Of a stretch of DNA of 64,000 nucleotides, positions 31,231 through 64,000 are shown piece after piece; position 1 is the stretch's first letter, and the number at the start of each line of letters is the position of its first letter. The position numbers and the translations under genes are program-made. This DNA is from Lama guanicoe. Lineage: Eukaryota. The stretch is taken from NCBI GenBank assembly GCA_013239625.1, contig MU053881.1, positions 1,798,001 to 1,862,000 of the forward strand. Reading direction: 5' to 3'. The notes below the pieces were generated by a model, which did not search any database, had not been told where the DNA came from, and saw only the letters and a list, made by a program, of their open reading frames with translations.

Positions 31231-33618
31231 ACAGAAGAGTGCTGATCGAGGGGCTGGCCCTAACCTTGACTGTGCGGTACAGATGACTAAGACTCTCTCT
31301 TGGGAGAGGAGCTTCCAGTGGGCGGGAAGAGACATATACATAGAACTATGCCTGGGAGTCAGGGCTGAACTAGGGAGTGAATGGTGTGCTGTTGGCAGCC
31401 AGGGGAGGCACAGAGGTAACCCTTCACAGCAGGTGAGCCCTGGAAATCTCCAGGCCTCAAGCAGAATGCCAGAGCCACAGCCCCAGAGCTTCTGGAGTGG
31501 TGAATGAGTACTGCGGGGAGGTAGATGAGCCCAAACAGGATCTCAGGGGGTCAGCGGGGCAGAACTGCAGGGAGGGGCAGCAGCACTGGGACTCTGTACC
31601 AAGAAGAGGCTTAGGACCAGGGAGGATGAAGGGGCAGGGGCAGTAGGGGAGGGGAGCCAGGATTCAGTTAAGCTATGAAAGGCTGCCCGGAGGACACAGT
31701 AGGCATCTGGGGGCTTGGGGATAGGTGGAGAACAGCAAGCAGAGTGGGGCAGAGGCCAAGTAGCCTAGAGAACCAGCTGTAGAGGCTGAGCTGGAAAACA
31801 CAAAGCTGAGAGCCCTGGGGATTGTGACTTGAGCTGTTACCAGCTTCTAACAGTCTCACAAACAGCTCTAGGCCCCTCCAGGTCCTAGTGCTCCGGAGAG
31901 CACTGTGGGCCCCTGCAGAGTTTGTATCTGCCTGGCAGTTGGACACAGACCCCCACAGGGGCCCCAAACAGCACCAGGTGGGAGATGACTGTCCCAGTAA
32001 CTGTCCTAAGGGCCCCGTCCTGATGGAGGGCTCCGTGTCCCCATCTGCCTAGAACCTGGTCCAGCCTGGCCAGGTCCCTGTTGTAACTGGAAGGAGATGA
32101 GGCAGAAAAACCCAATGTTGACTTCAAACGGGAGCAAACACATTGCTAAGAGTTTTACAGCCATTGCTCCTTTATATAAAGTAGTATTTCTGCCTTTCTG
32201 TAAGATAAAAATGTTTGCTACCACTTTATAGAGACAGCTGGACTTTCTCCAAATTCAGAGGCAATGTTTGGCGTAGTCTGACTTAAAATATGAGCTATAT
32301 TATTCACTTGAAATTTGATTCTAGAGGTATCCAGGCATTTCATTTATTTTTACTATTATAAGCTGGAATGTGTGGGCGGGGGACACTCCTGTAAAGACTT
32401 CAAGTGAGATTCAGAAATGTACATTAAGTTAATTAAATTACATTGAACTTTGCCTGCATTTTACAGGAGGGGGGGGAGTGGTGGCTCCAAATCTTCATTG
32501 CTTCCTCCCAAGCATCTGCTTTTGGTCCTCTGTTTACTGGAATGACACACTAGAAAGGACTCCTCATGACTCGCTGTCTACCTCGTCCCCCAGACCCACC
32601 AAAAGCAGCAAAGTAAATGAGAAACAACAACTCTCTGTCTTTGATTAAATGAGGGAAAACCTCAAACTCCAGACTCTAAGATAAATAAGGAAAACTGCTA
32701 AGGGCAGGCAACACTGGGCCATCCAGGGAGACCTTCAAGGCAGGGCCAGTGCAGGCCAGGCCCATGCAGGTGGATGGCGTCTGGAGGGTGGGGAGAAAAC
32801 AAGCACTTTTGACCCAGCAGAGTGGGAGGAGATAAGGTGCTGGGGAGATAAGAGGTCACATGAAGGACGTGGCAAACAGCTACCTTGGCTAACGTGGGCA
32901 GCAGGGAGGGACTCCAGAGGAGGGAGCAGCTCTGAAGCTGCCGCTCTTGCTAAGCTCAGCAGAAAAGTCAGCAGCCCAATGGCACACACCCGTCCAGGGA
33001 GGCATTGGCATGAGATAGTGCAAACACCTTGGCTCCTCCCCAACACATCCTTGTGAAAACAGCTCATCCAAGAAGAATTCAGCCACAGAATGAATAGGCA
33101 AAATATCTATACTGTGGTGGTGGTGGTGGGGGGCGGATAGAGGAAAAACAAAGGAGCAAGTGAAGACCATCTCTCAAAAAGATTTTATCACAGATAAGAT
33201 GAGCATCACGAGCCAAGATTTTCCCCAAGAACCCACAGAACCTATGAAAACCATCACCTCCATCATGCAAGGTCGCAAGGCTGAGATGGAAATGACAGGA
33301 CAGCAGAAAGAGATGAAAAGATTTTTTTTCTAGGAGAGCTCAGGAAAAAGAGGGGGAGGAGAATTTGACTATGACCGAAATAAAAGGCCACACATGAAGC
33401 CACGAGGAGGGGACGAGGGATTGTGGATAACAATCAGGGACAGAGAGGAAAAGATAAAGAAAATTAAGAAAGATGAATTGAAAAAGAACAAATAAGGAAA
33501 AGGGTTAGAGAAAAATGGCAGACATAGAACAAAAGAGATCTGCTGGACACATCGTTGGAATCACTGAAGAAACAAGCAAGAGGAAAAAAAAGAAATATTC
33601 AAAAATGATTCAGGTAGT

Positions 33619-33775
33619 GGGGAGGGTATAGCTCAAGTGGTAGAGCACATGCTTAGCATGCACGAGGTCCTGGGTTCAATCCCCAGTACCTCCTCTAAAA
33701 ATAAATAAGCCTAATTACTGCCCCCCCCCGCCAAAATAAAATAAATAATACAGTAATAAATAAAAAAAATTTTTT
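33619..33775 (+). mobile_element. tRNA-derived SINE with a perfect 16-bp TSD
   Basis: Head GGGGAGGGTATAGCTCAAGTGGTAGAGC...GGTTCAATCCCCAGTACCTCC; TSD AAATGATTCAGGTAGT at 33603-33618 and 33776-33791. Confidence 0.9.
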
Positions 33776-33791
33776 AAATGATTCAGGTAGT

Positions 33792-34250
33792 GGAAGGAAC
33801 CCATGTCCATCAGCTGATGAGTAGAGAAGCAGAATGTGGTCTATCCATACAACAGAACAGTGTTCAGCCATAAAAAGGAATGAAATTCTTGTATTTGCTA
33901 CGACATGGATGAACCTTGAAAACGTTATTCTAGGGGAAAGAAGCCAGACACAAAAGATCACATCTTGTACAATCCCAGTTATGTGACGTGTCCAGAATAG
34001 GCAAATTCACAGAGACAGAAGCAGATGACTGGTTGCCAGGAGGGTGAAGGGAACGGAGAGTGACTGCTAATGGGAATGGGGTTTCTTTGGGGGATGATGA
34101 AAATGTTCTGGAATTAGACAGTAGTAATGGTTGCACAACCTTGTGAGTAACTTGAAAACAGCTGACTTGTATACCTTAAAAGGGTAGATGTACTAAAATA
34201 GTGTGTGGATTTTATCTCAATTCAAAAAAAAAGATTTAGATGAAAACAAA
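33792..34250 (+). mobile_element. L1MB-like 3' end
   Basis: CAGCCATAAAAAGGAATGAAATTC...GAAGCCAGACACAAAAGATCAC...TTTATCTCAATT followed by an A-tail. Confidence 0.8.
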
Positions 34251-34649
34251 AGGAAAATGATTCAGGTAACTCTTGCAAAATAGAAGAAATTGTGAATCCA
34301 CAGATTAAAACGGGCACCACACCATAACCCAGAAAGAGCTCCCACACATCAGTCAGCACTGAGACATCGCCTGCAAAGATGCTGAATTTCAAACATAAAG
34401 CAAAAATCACAGCTTCTGGGCAGAAAGGAAACAAGCACACAAAAATCAAGCCACCTGCAAGGGGTAAATCAAGCTGCCGTCAGAATCTCCAAAAAACTTT
34501 CACTGCCAGCAGATAGTGCAGCAAGGCCTGGAGAGTCATCGAGGAAAAAAAAAATGTGACTCAGGAATTTCCTGCCTTTCTCATACAGCTTCTAGGCACC
34601 AGAGAGATGTTTTCGACGTTTCAGAACTCGTGAGGAGCCTGCTAGAAGC

Positions 34650-34810
34650 TCACCACTTGCAGTGGGACCTGCAGCATCAGCCTCACCTGGGAGATGCCCT
34701 CAGACACGCAGACTTTCAGACCCTGTCCCAGACCTACTGAACCAGAAGCAGCAGTTTGACTAGATCCCCAGATGACTCTTAGGAACATAAAAGTTGGAGA
34801 AGCACTGTCC
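34650..34810. mobile_element. MER5-like (hAT-Charlie) DNA transposon relic
   Basis: CAGCATCAGCCTCACCTGGGAG...CCCAGACCTACTGAACCAGAA...GAGAAGCACTG. Confidence 0.6.
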
Positions 34811-37621
34811 TAGAAGACAATTTGCAGCCAAAGACAAACAGAAAAACTAGCCGTGACAGCAGCAAAGTCGGTGGTGAGTACTGAATGCATTTAAGTGTAC
34901 AACTGAGCCAAAAACAAGCAGCGATTTTGGTTCCAGAAAATGAACGTAGAAACAATCAAAGAAACTGTCTTCAGTAAAGTCAGAAAAGGAGAGAGGCAGA
35001 AGTGGTGGCTGACATTAAAAGTAAGTTGATTTTCTCATCTTTCTCAGCAGAAGAGTAACTAGATACCATCTTAAGCTAATAAGTAGTAAGGATATATTTA
35101 AAGAAATAACACAGGGTGGCGATACCAAAACCACATTAAATGCTGAAGGCGGGAGACTAGTGGGCTCTTTACTGGGGAATCTGACCCCCAACAAATGGTC
35201 CACATCATCACCCACTGTGAAGCCCCCAGTTGACAAAGCTCACCATGTTTTCAAAGTTCCCAGTTAACCTCTTAGTCCCCATTCTTAATCACGAGCAGGG
35301 AGCCAGGAATCACTGGACATCTGATGAAAATGTTGAACACATTAAAACAAGAGAAAAAAAGCAACCTGAAGAGACTAGACATTGCACTGGGAGAAGAACA
35401 TGTTATGCATGTGTTAAAACTCTTCAAATTATGCACCAAAAAAGTGAATACTTCTGCATGTAAAATTTTTAATTAAGATTTTTAAAACTCTCTTTGAAAT
35501 CTTTAAAATATATATATCCTTAAAATAATAATAGAACGCTATTTTTAAAAAAGAAAGAAGGAAGGAAAGAAGGATAGAAGAAAGGAAGGGAGGGAGGAAG
35601 ATTCAGAAGAAAAAAAACTCTTGGAAATTCAAAAACTGAGAACATAAATGGAAAACATGCAAAGTGAAAGTTGGAAGATAATTTGAGAAACTCTCCCAAG
35701 AAGGAGGGCAAAGAAAAGGGATAGAAAAGATGAGAAAAATGAGAAAAACTCTCCAGTTGTGCATCCATGAAGTTGGCCCTGCTCGCACACATTTTTAAGT
35801 TAGCATGTAAAATTGATACATAAATTTAAACAGTTGCAAAAGATGTGATTTTAGTACCTTGCATACTTGCTTTAAAAATATTTTCTTCCAGTTCTCAGAG
35901 CAGCATAATAAGTTAATTTCTTGTATGGGAAACGTTTGTCACGACTTCTGGTCTGTGTTGGATGGATAAACAAACTGCGGGACTTCCATCCAATGGAATA
36001 CCACTCAGCACAGAGAAAAATGGACTGTGGAGACAGAGGACAGCACGGATGAACTGCAAAAGAGTGATGCTGACGGGAAGAAGTTAGGCAAAACAGTGCA
36101 AACTGTATGAAAATGCAAAACATTCACAGAGACGAAAAGCAGATCAGTGGTTGCCTGGGGAGAAGGGAAGGAGTAGGAGGGAAAGATCACAGGCAGGTGG
36201 AGAATGTGTCTGAAGTCTCCCCAGCGGAACGTGAGTGAGAGTGATGTATAGTCATTTCTGGGTATTGCTCATGAAAGCATCCCACGCACCCCTCGCGCTC
36301 TCTTCTTTCCTAACCTGTCATTGGATGGGGAGAACCCAGATGAGGACAGAGCCACAAGAGAGAGGGGGACCAGATCCCTGGACGACTGCATGGAGCAAGT
36401 CCCCTTTGTCCGGCATCAGGTTGTGACATGAACAAGAACTAAACGATTAAGGTATTAAACCCCTGAAGTGTTAGGGTCGTTTGTTACAGCACTTAGCCCA
36501 CCCTGACTAATACAGAGTCCAGCGTCAGCCCGCTGCCAGAAGAGAGCTGCCTGGCTGCCTCAAAGTCAGGTTCCCCCTCGGGCTCAGGCGTGTTCCCCGA
36601 GGCTCAAAAACTGAGCTGAGCCCTGGGAGTCAGCCAGCTGTGGGAAGGGGCAGTCCGTAAGCCCGGGCTGGTTTTCTCATAAACCCATCGAGCAAGTTCT
36701 GCGATGGCTAGGGAAGGAGACTGCCTGCTAGCCACAGAAGGATCCACACTGCCCACGGGCTTGTAAGACATTCTTCTGCATCGAGACCCTTTGGGTGAGT
36801 CTTCGTCTTGGACACAAATAATCTTATGCTCTGAAGCCATTCTGGGCAGTCTATCTACATTTATTTTCCTCAAAACTTCCTGTCACTAAACCTTCAGACT
36901 GTTTCCTTCCAAGCCCCTGACCAACAGATGACACCATGAGCAAACGCCCAGGAATCAGAGTGTCATTCCTTCTGGGCCTCTGGGCACGCTCCCCGTTTCT
37001 AGGTCCCTCAGGCCTTCTTGGAGGAAGACTGGAAGACTCCAGCAATCTGCTTCTCACTGGAGCTAGCAGCGTCTCTACAGGGCTTTAGATTTTTCCTCCT
37101 CAGTCAACTCACCATAAACAACTCTCCCCAAGACCATGACCATCAGTAGCAGGAGAGGAATGTAAACAACCTGCTCAGGCAGCCTACCTGTGCCTTCCGG
37201 GCTCGCTGGACCAGGCCATCTGCGTCACTTCCTCTTCGTGATGGAGTGCTGCTGGCCACCCCTAATTCTGGGGCTGGGGAGATGAGATAACGCAGTAGCT
37301 CAAGTTACGGCCACCTGCTACGCCACGGTCGGGCATCCAATTTCACCAGACCCCTGGAGCAAGCCAGGAGCTGTTTCTCAGAAGGAAAATTAACAGTTTG
37401 CTGAGAGAGGTCATAACTTTGCTCCAAAATCCAATATCTGAGTAGCAAAGCCAAAGGCAGAACTACCCACTCGGCAGCCTGATCCAGGAAGAAATCCTTC
37501 TCCTCGTGTGGTTCCCCTCAAAGTTTTCAAGTGACCCAGCAGTAGGTAAAAATAATGTACCTGAATACAGTATACTTTATACCCAAGTCTGAGGAAGCCC
37601 AGCAAGCACGCAGCCCTTTCT

Positions 37622-38313
37622 TTTTTTTATTAACTTTTTTTTATTGAGTTGTAGTCATTTTACAATGTTGTGTCAAATTCCAGTGTAGAGCACAATTTTT
37701 CAGTTATGCATGAACATACATATCTTCATTGTCACATTTTTTTTCGCTGTGAGCTACCACAAGATCTTGTATATATTTCCCTGTGCTATAGAGTATAATC
37801 TTGTTTATCTATTCTACATATGCCTGTCAGTATCTACAAATTTCAAACTCCCAATCTGTCCCTTCCCACCCCACTCCCCCCTGGCAGCCACAAGTTTGTA
37901 TTCTATGTCTATGAGTCTGTTTCTGTTTTGTATTTATGTTCTTTCTTTTTCTTTAGAGTCCACATATGAGCGATTTCATATGGTATTTTTCTTTCTCTTT
38001 CTGGCTTACTTCACTTAGAATGACATTCTCCAAGGACATCCATGTTGCTGCAGATGGTGTTATGTTGTCATTTTTATGGCTAAATAGAATTCCATTGTAT
38101 AAATATACCACATCTTCTTTATCCAGTCATCTGTTGATGGACATTTAGGTTGCTTCCATGTCTTGGCTATTGCAAATAGTGCTGCTATGAACATTGGGGT
38201 GCAGGTGTCTTTTTGAAGTAGGGTTATGTGCCCAGGAGTGGGATGACTGGGTCATATGTTAAGTCTATTCCTAGTCTTTTGAGGAATCTCCAGACTGTTT
38301 TCCACAGTGGCCT
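37622..38313 (-). mobile_element. Young 5'-truncated L1
   Basis: Poly(T) start on plus; highly similar to 26996-27760; TSD GCAGCCCTTTCT at 37610-37621 and 38314-38325. Confidence 0.88.
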
Positions 38314-38889
38314 GCAGCCCTTTCTCAGTGGCCGGGACTGCAATGTCCAGCAGCTTGTCCTTTACTTGGTGTGGAATATCTCTACACACCCCAGACCCCT
38401 AGATAGTTCACTAAGTAGACAGGCCCCTATGTATTTGTGGGATTTATTATCTGCCCTCTGGCACACACATCGTGCTTACCAAATCATCTAGAGTATCTGC
38501 TACTTCCTGTTCTCAAGGTCCATCTGGATATTGTCATCAGTGTCACAGCAGATTAGCCTGATGTCCACTGGAATGCTGATTTGGTCAAAAATTCTGTAAA
38601 CTGAGTGTGTCTCGAGAGTGACATACCCCTGAAGCAAGACAGTAAAGGTTTACTGTACCCCTGCTAGAGAAACACAAACTGTTCCCGAAGTTTGGTGTAG
38701 AAGAAAGAGCACCGACCAGACCTATAATTGTGGGCCAACAATTGCACCTATCTGCTCCAAGAACGACCACTCTGAAAAAGTACCTGCAGGTGGGTTCCCT
38801 AGCATAGTGAGTTTATCATAATGCTTTGTCATTCTTTTTTTTTTTTTTTGCTCCATCATTCTTTAAGGCCTTCTGTCTTTTCCGTTAAT

Positions 38890-39630
38890 GTATGAATGGA
38901 AAAAAAGAAGTGTGATATATATACCTAGATAGACAGATAACTGAATATATTATGCACATATATAAAGAAATACATGAATATATATAAAATATATATGGGA
39001 ATATATATAAAGTACATATATAAAACATAAATATTAAAGAATATTATTCAGCCTTAAAAAAGAAAGAAGTCCCGGGGGAGGGTACAGTTCAGTGGTAGAG
39101 TACATGTCTAGCATGCACAAGGTCCTAGGTTCAATCCCCACTTCCTCCATCAATAAAATAAATAAGTAAACCTAATTATCTCCCCCCTAAATAAATAAAT
39201 ACATAAATAAATAAATAAAAGAAATCCTGCCAGATGAAACTGGAGGACATTTTAAGTGAAACAAGCCAGTCACAAAAAGACAAATATTGCAAGATCTCAC
39301 TTTTATGTGGACTATTCCTTTTAAAAAAGCTGAACTCATAGAAACAGAGAGTAGAATAGTGGTTATCAGAGGCTGGTACAGGGAAAAAGAGGAACTTTTT
39401 TTTTTTTAAGTAGAATGGTGATTGCCAGGGGCTGGAAGGACAGGAGAATGGGGAGTTATTTAACGAGTACAGAGTGTCAGTTTTGCAAGAAGAAAAGAGT
39501 TCTGAAGATGGATGGTGGTGATGGTTGCTCAACAATATGAATGTACTTAATACCACTGAACCGTACACTTAGAAATTGTTAAGACAGTAAGTTTCCTGTT
39601 ATGCATATTTTACCACAATAAAAATAAATA
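38890..39630 (+). mobile_element. L1MA/MB-like 3' end containing an AT-rich tract and a SINE
   Basis: TATTATTCAGCCTTAAAAAAGAAAG...AAGCCAGTCACAAAAAGACAAATATTG...TTTTACCACAATAAAA. Confidence 0.75.
39074..39220 (+). mobile_element. tRNA-derived SINE nested in an L1 3' end
   Basis: Same head motif, (TAAA)n tail, TSD-like AAAGAA(G/A)TCC. Confidence 0.85.
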
Positions 39631-40499
39631 AATGGGGAAAAATATAATCTATCTTCTATTCTGGCCAAACTGAAGAGGTAATGTTGATATAGTGGGCATT
39701 ACCCTGAATCACCACCCAAATCTTTGATGATGATTCCTGTGATAAGATGAAGTATTATTTTTTCATTTACCTTGTTGGCAGTTAGGGAGAGCTTCAGGGC
39801 CTTCCATTTAGCCCTTCCTCTCAAAACAACCCTTGATCCCTGAGTTAGGCCAATGTCAGAATTCTGCCCCTGTGGATGGATCGACAGCACCTCTACACAT
39901 AACCTCCATATGGTTTCAGGGTACCACTGGCCCTGGCATGAGACAGACTACACTCAAAACTATTTTTAAAAATTTATACTATGTGCATGTCTTATATATT
40001 CAAAAAAAGAAGGGAAAGAAAAATATCCCATTTTTAACAATTACATGCATAATCATTACACTTTTTAAAGTTCCTTTGTGTACCACTCAAAATCTCGCGT
40101 ACATACCACCTCCTGAGAAACACTGACCTGGTACGTGCCTAAGTCATCTCATCTTTATCACACTTGTAATTGCGTATTTAAGTGTCCACTTTCCCCACCA
40201 GACTGAGGGAGGAGCCAGGTCTGAGTTTTGCTGTCACAAGCACCAAACGCTGGACTCCCCGTGGACCGTACATTGAAAATAAAGACCTAGGCAGCCCCTC
40301 CGTCCCTTTCAGCTCAGTCTGTCCAAAAGCCCATGAGTTCTGGCTGGATGATGTTGAGCAACCATTTCGCCTTTTGTAGCCTCAGTCTTCTCCGCTGCAA
40401 AATGGGAACTATGGTGCCTGCCACGCCGTGTGGGTGCGAGGAGTCAGGTAATGATTGTGAAAGTAGCGTAGCACCATAGAAATTACTAATTCACTCATC

Positions 40500-60881
<20,382 letters not shown>

Positions 60882-63800
60882 TGAGTTTGGGAGGCATCAG
60901 GGTGAGGGAGCCTGGGGGCCAATGATTGGAGGAAAAACAAGTCCTGGCGTCAAGCCACTGGATTCCTCAAAGCCAGGACTTGCTTCAGTCAGTCAGTCAT
61001 GTATTCATTCAGCAAACATTTCTGCAAGTACTGGGAGCCAAAGCATGATGCAGTTAAGTTCTCCCCCTGGAGAAGATCAGTCCAGTGGAGAGACTGACAC
61101 AAAACTGGACGAGCACGTTAGCGTATGACAAGTGCTGGGATGAGGGAAGCCCCCCATCCTGCCTGGGCGTGCTGGAAATGGCTGTACCACGGGGCTAACT
61201 CTAGAGCTGAGTCATGGGGAGTGAGTACGTATTCATCAGGAGGGCCCTCCTGGCAGCGGGCACAGCATGTCCGCGGCAGCTTTGTGTAGCCAGAGCTCAG
61301 ACAGGAGAGGCAGGACAAGTAGTGGAGGTGAGGGAAGGGCCTCTTAGGCCCTGCTGAAGAGCTTTAACTTGATCCTACTGCTGAGGGGTGGGTTGCTGGA
61401 GGATTTTAATTGAAGAATGCACTTGGTCAGATCTGTATTCCAAGATTACTGTGTGACAGTCTGGAAGGTAGCCTGGAGGGGTGCTGCTCCAGGCTAGAAA
61501 ACCAAAAGCCAGGGGAGAGATGATTGATAGTCGGGCTGGAGCAAGAGAGATGGATTTTCAGAGGAAGCAGCAATGACAGGCTCTGGTCACCTGATTGCAG
61601 GACAAGATGATGGGGTCAGGGATATGTCTGTCTCAAGTGTTTGCTAGGGTGACTGGCAGGATGGTGTGGCTGGTCCTGAATAAGGATGGGATTGGCAGAA
61701 GACTGGGAATTCAGCTGGGGCACATTGACTTGGAGAGTCTCGTGAGATATCTGAATGGAGATGGAGGTGTGGGGCTGGGAGTTGCCAGCATGGAGGTGTA
61801 ATTGAAGCCAGGGGAATGACCCAGCCTGAGGGCTGAGTGAGCTCCTCCCAGAGGGCTGAGGAGAGAACCAGGCAAGCTATACTCAGGCAGCCCTGATGCC
61901 AGGCGAGCCCCAGGGCTTGATGGCTCATCCCCTGCCGCCTCATTACCTCTTGGCCTGCCTGGCCTCAGCTACGTCTACACAGTGCCACACTCAGGAGCTC
62001 AGCGGCTGAAGAGAGTTTGACAGTCAGCTAGCTCCAGGTCCCGGGTGGTCAAACAGCCCTGGTGCTCTGGAAAGCAGCAGTGATTCTCCATCTTTATCCA
62101 GCCCAAAGGACAAGCCAGGATTCCCTTCCTGAAGCCTGAAATAGTGAACCAAAGGGTCCCACTACTGCCTTCAGAAAATGATCAGCATTTTCCGTCTCCC
62201 GTCCAGCGTTGCCTGGCCAGAAGTATGCGGTGGACAGCAGTGGTCTCTCCAGCCTTTCCTGGCCTCCTAAGGCTGTGGTTCCCAGTTGGGTCCCCGTGAG
62301 CACACTTTGCAGTTCCCAGGCCTCATGTGCTTTTCTGTACATTTCTGTGCCTGGATGTCTTTTCTCCATCTCAGTCACCTCCTTGTCCTCCTGACAACCT
62401 CCTTCCAAGCCCAACTCAGACGTTTCCTTGCGTGCAGTCTTCCTCAGGTAACTGCTTCCACTCTGCTACAGCTGCACCTCTCATAGCTCTCTCCTGCCAC
62501 GTATCGTTCTCACTCGGCCAGAACTTCCACACAGCTGCTGTCTGCCCTGCTCCGTCTGGAGGCCAGGATACAACACGAAAGCAGACCGTTCCACTGTCAC
62601 GTAACAAGCGAGTGTGGTCGTTGTCTGTGTACACGTCCGCCGCCTCCCCGGTGCCCCTCCTCCACCTCCCTGATTTATCTGCAGTCTGGCTGTCCACCAG
62701 AAATACAGCTTCCACCAGGAACCACCCTCCCGCCTGGGGAGACGGATAAAGCTGAGTGTCTTTCCAAATCATGACTCTCTCCCTCACGTCCTCTGCACCT
62801 TTGAAACTGACCCCTGGCTCTATCATTTACAACCTCCCACCACCACTCCTGTTTGTTGGCCAAATACTGTCACCTGTCCTCCTTCCCTTCCCAGGCCAGT
62901 TGAGGTCCCCTGACCCTCCTTCCCTCACTCTCCTACCAGTGCTCAGTTTCTCACCCTGTTCCCCTTCCATTACACCCGCTCAGAAAAACCGCATTCCCAG
63001 GTTCAACCCCAGCCTGCCTCTCCCCGACAGCACCTCGAGGAAGGCACCAGATCGAAGGCCAGCTGGCCTCCCGCCTGCCTGAGCCCCCACCGTGCAGCTC
63101 TCTGGTCTTCCAGCCCTTCTTCACTTCCACTCCCCACAGCCCCTTTGTCAGACCTCCATTCTTCTCCAAGCGCCAGCGCATTTTCCGGCAGATCACTTCA
63201 CTTCCTGTTTCAACAAGGATTAAAAGCCCAGTGGAGAGGCACTCTCTCAGCGTCTTACCACCTCACCTGCACATCTTTCTTGTCATGAGGGAAGAGTTCG
63301 CCTTTTCCTGCCTCCTCAGTCTAACACCGGCTTCCTGCCGTGTGCTCCAGCCTCTCCTCTGGGCGGCTTCCCATCAGCATTTCACTGGACCCACTACTCT
63401 CTTTTCTGAAAGCCAGCTGTTCTCTGAGCGCAGGACCCCTCTCCCTACCCCAGTCTCTTTCCTCTCATCCCGGGAGAACGTCATACGGGTTCACTGTCTT
63501 TCTTCTCCCGTCAGCTCACTGCAAATTGTTTCCACCCCCACCCTCCACAGAGCCACCAGTGACTTCTTTGTTGCCAAATCATGTTCTCCTGTTCCATCTT
63601 TTCCACGAGGCAACATCTCACATCTTGTGTTCCTTCTCCTTTCCAGACATTGTTTTCTTTGGCCCCTCTGACCTCAGCCAGGTCGGGGCAGGGAAGGGGC
63701 AGTGGGGAGGCTGTGTCCTTCGTTTCTCACTTCCCCTCTGCCCTTTCCTCTGTCTCCCTTGTGAGCTCCTCACCCTCTGCCCGGCCCTCCCACTCGAGGG

Positions 63801-64000
63801 CATCTCCCGGGGAGAGAGCCATCTGGGTAGTGTTGCCTCCTGGTCCGTTTCGCCCACCTCTCTCCTGTCTGCACATAACAGTGACGTCCCCTGCTGCTGC
63901 TGGGCCTTCCTCACAGACGTCCCGCAGCTGCTCAGACTCAGGGTATCCCACACTGAACTTGTTACCTTTCTCCAGAGAGCCCGCCCGCCCTTCTCTGTTG

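Larger units (their letters stand above)
36520..39950 (-). mobile_element. Ancient ERVL/MaLR-type internal relic interrupted by L1 and SINE insertions, with an MLT1-like LTR at ~36200-36515
   Basis: Degenerate retroviral-like sequence; LTR-like end GTTTGTTACAGCACTTAGCCCACCCTGACTAATACA; family assignment from recall only. Confidence 0.4.

Noticed and set aside
33619..33692. tRNA-Ala-like sequence (also at 13199, 31160 and 39074)
   Set aside because: Followed by a SINE body and A-rich tail, with TSDs at most copies; these are tRNA-derived SINEs, not tRNA genes.

Overview
Mammalian genomic DNA; the tRNA-derived SINE family suggests a camelid (inference). Gene order matches the human 5q35.3 block FAM193B-TMED9-B4GALT7, in reverse orientation. 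The window holds complete B4GALT7 (minus, 6 coding exons, 327 aa), complete TMED9 (minus, 5 exons, 235 aa) and the first 6 coding exons of FAM193B (plus, runs off the right end). The main surprise is a second intron-containing p24-alpha gene at about 19.6-21.9 kb, head-to-head with TMED9. It has identical exon 2-5 sizes, its own CpG island and a mirror-image ZNF143-type promoter motif. Its luminal exons 2-4 are strongly diverged from TMED9 (64-75% nt) and it has lost the N-glycosylation sequon. Its last exon (TM helix plus FF/KK tail) is 94% identical, which points to exon-restricted gene conversion between the inverted copies. Its best-context ATG is one base out of frame, so its coding status in this assembly is unresolved. 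The rest is mostly L1, SINE, LTR, MIR/L2 and DNA-transposon relics. All exon boundaries and identity counts were read by hand. Repeat family names are from recall and need RepeatMasker/Dfam confirmation.
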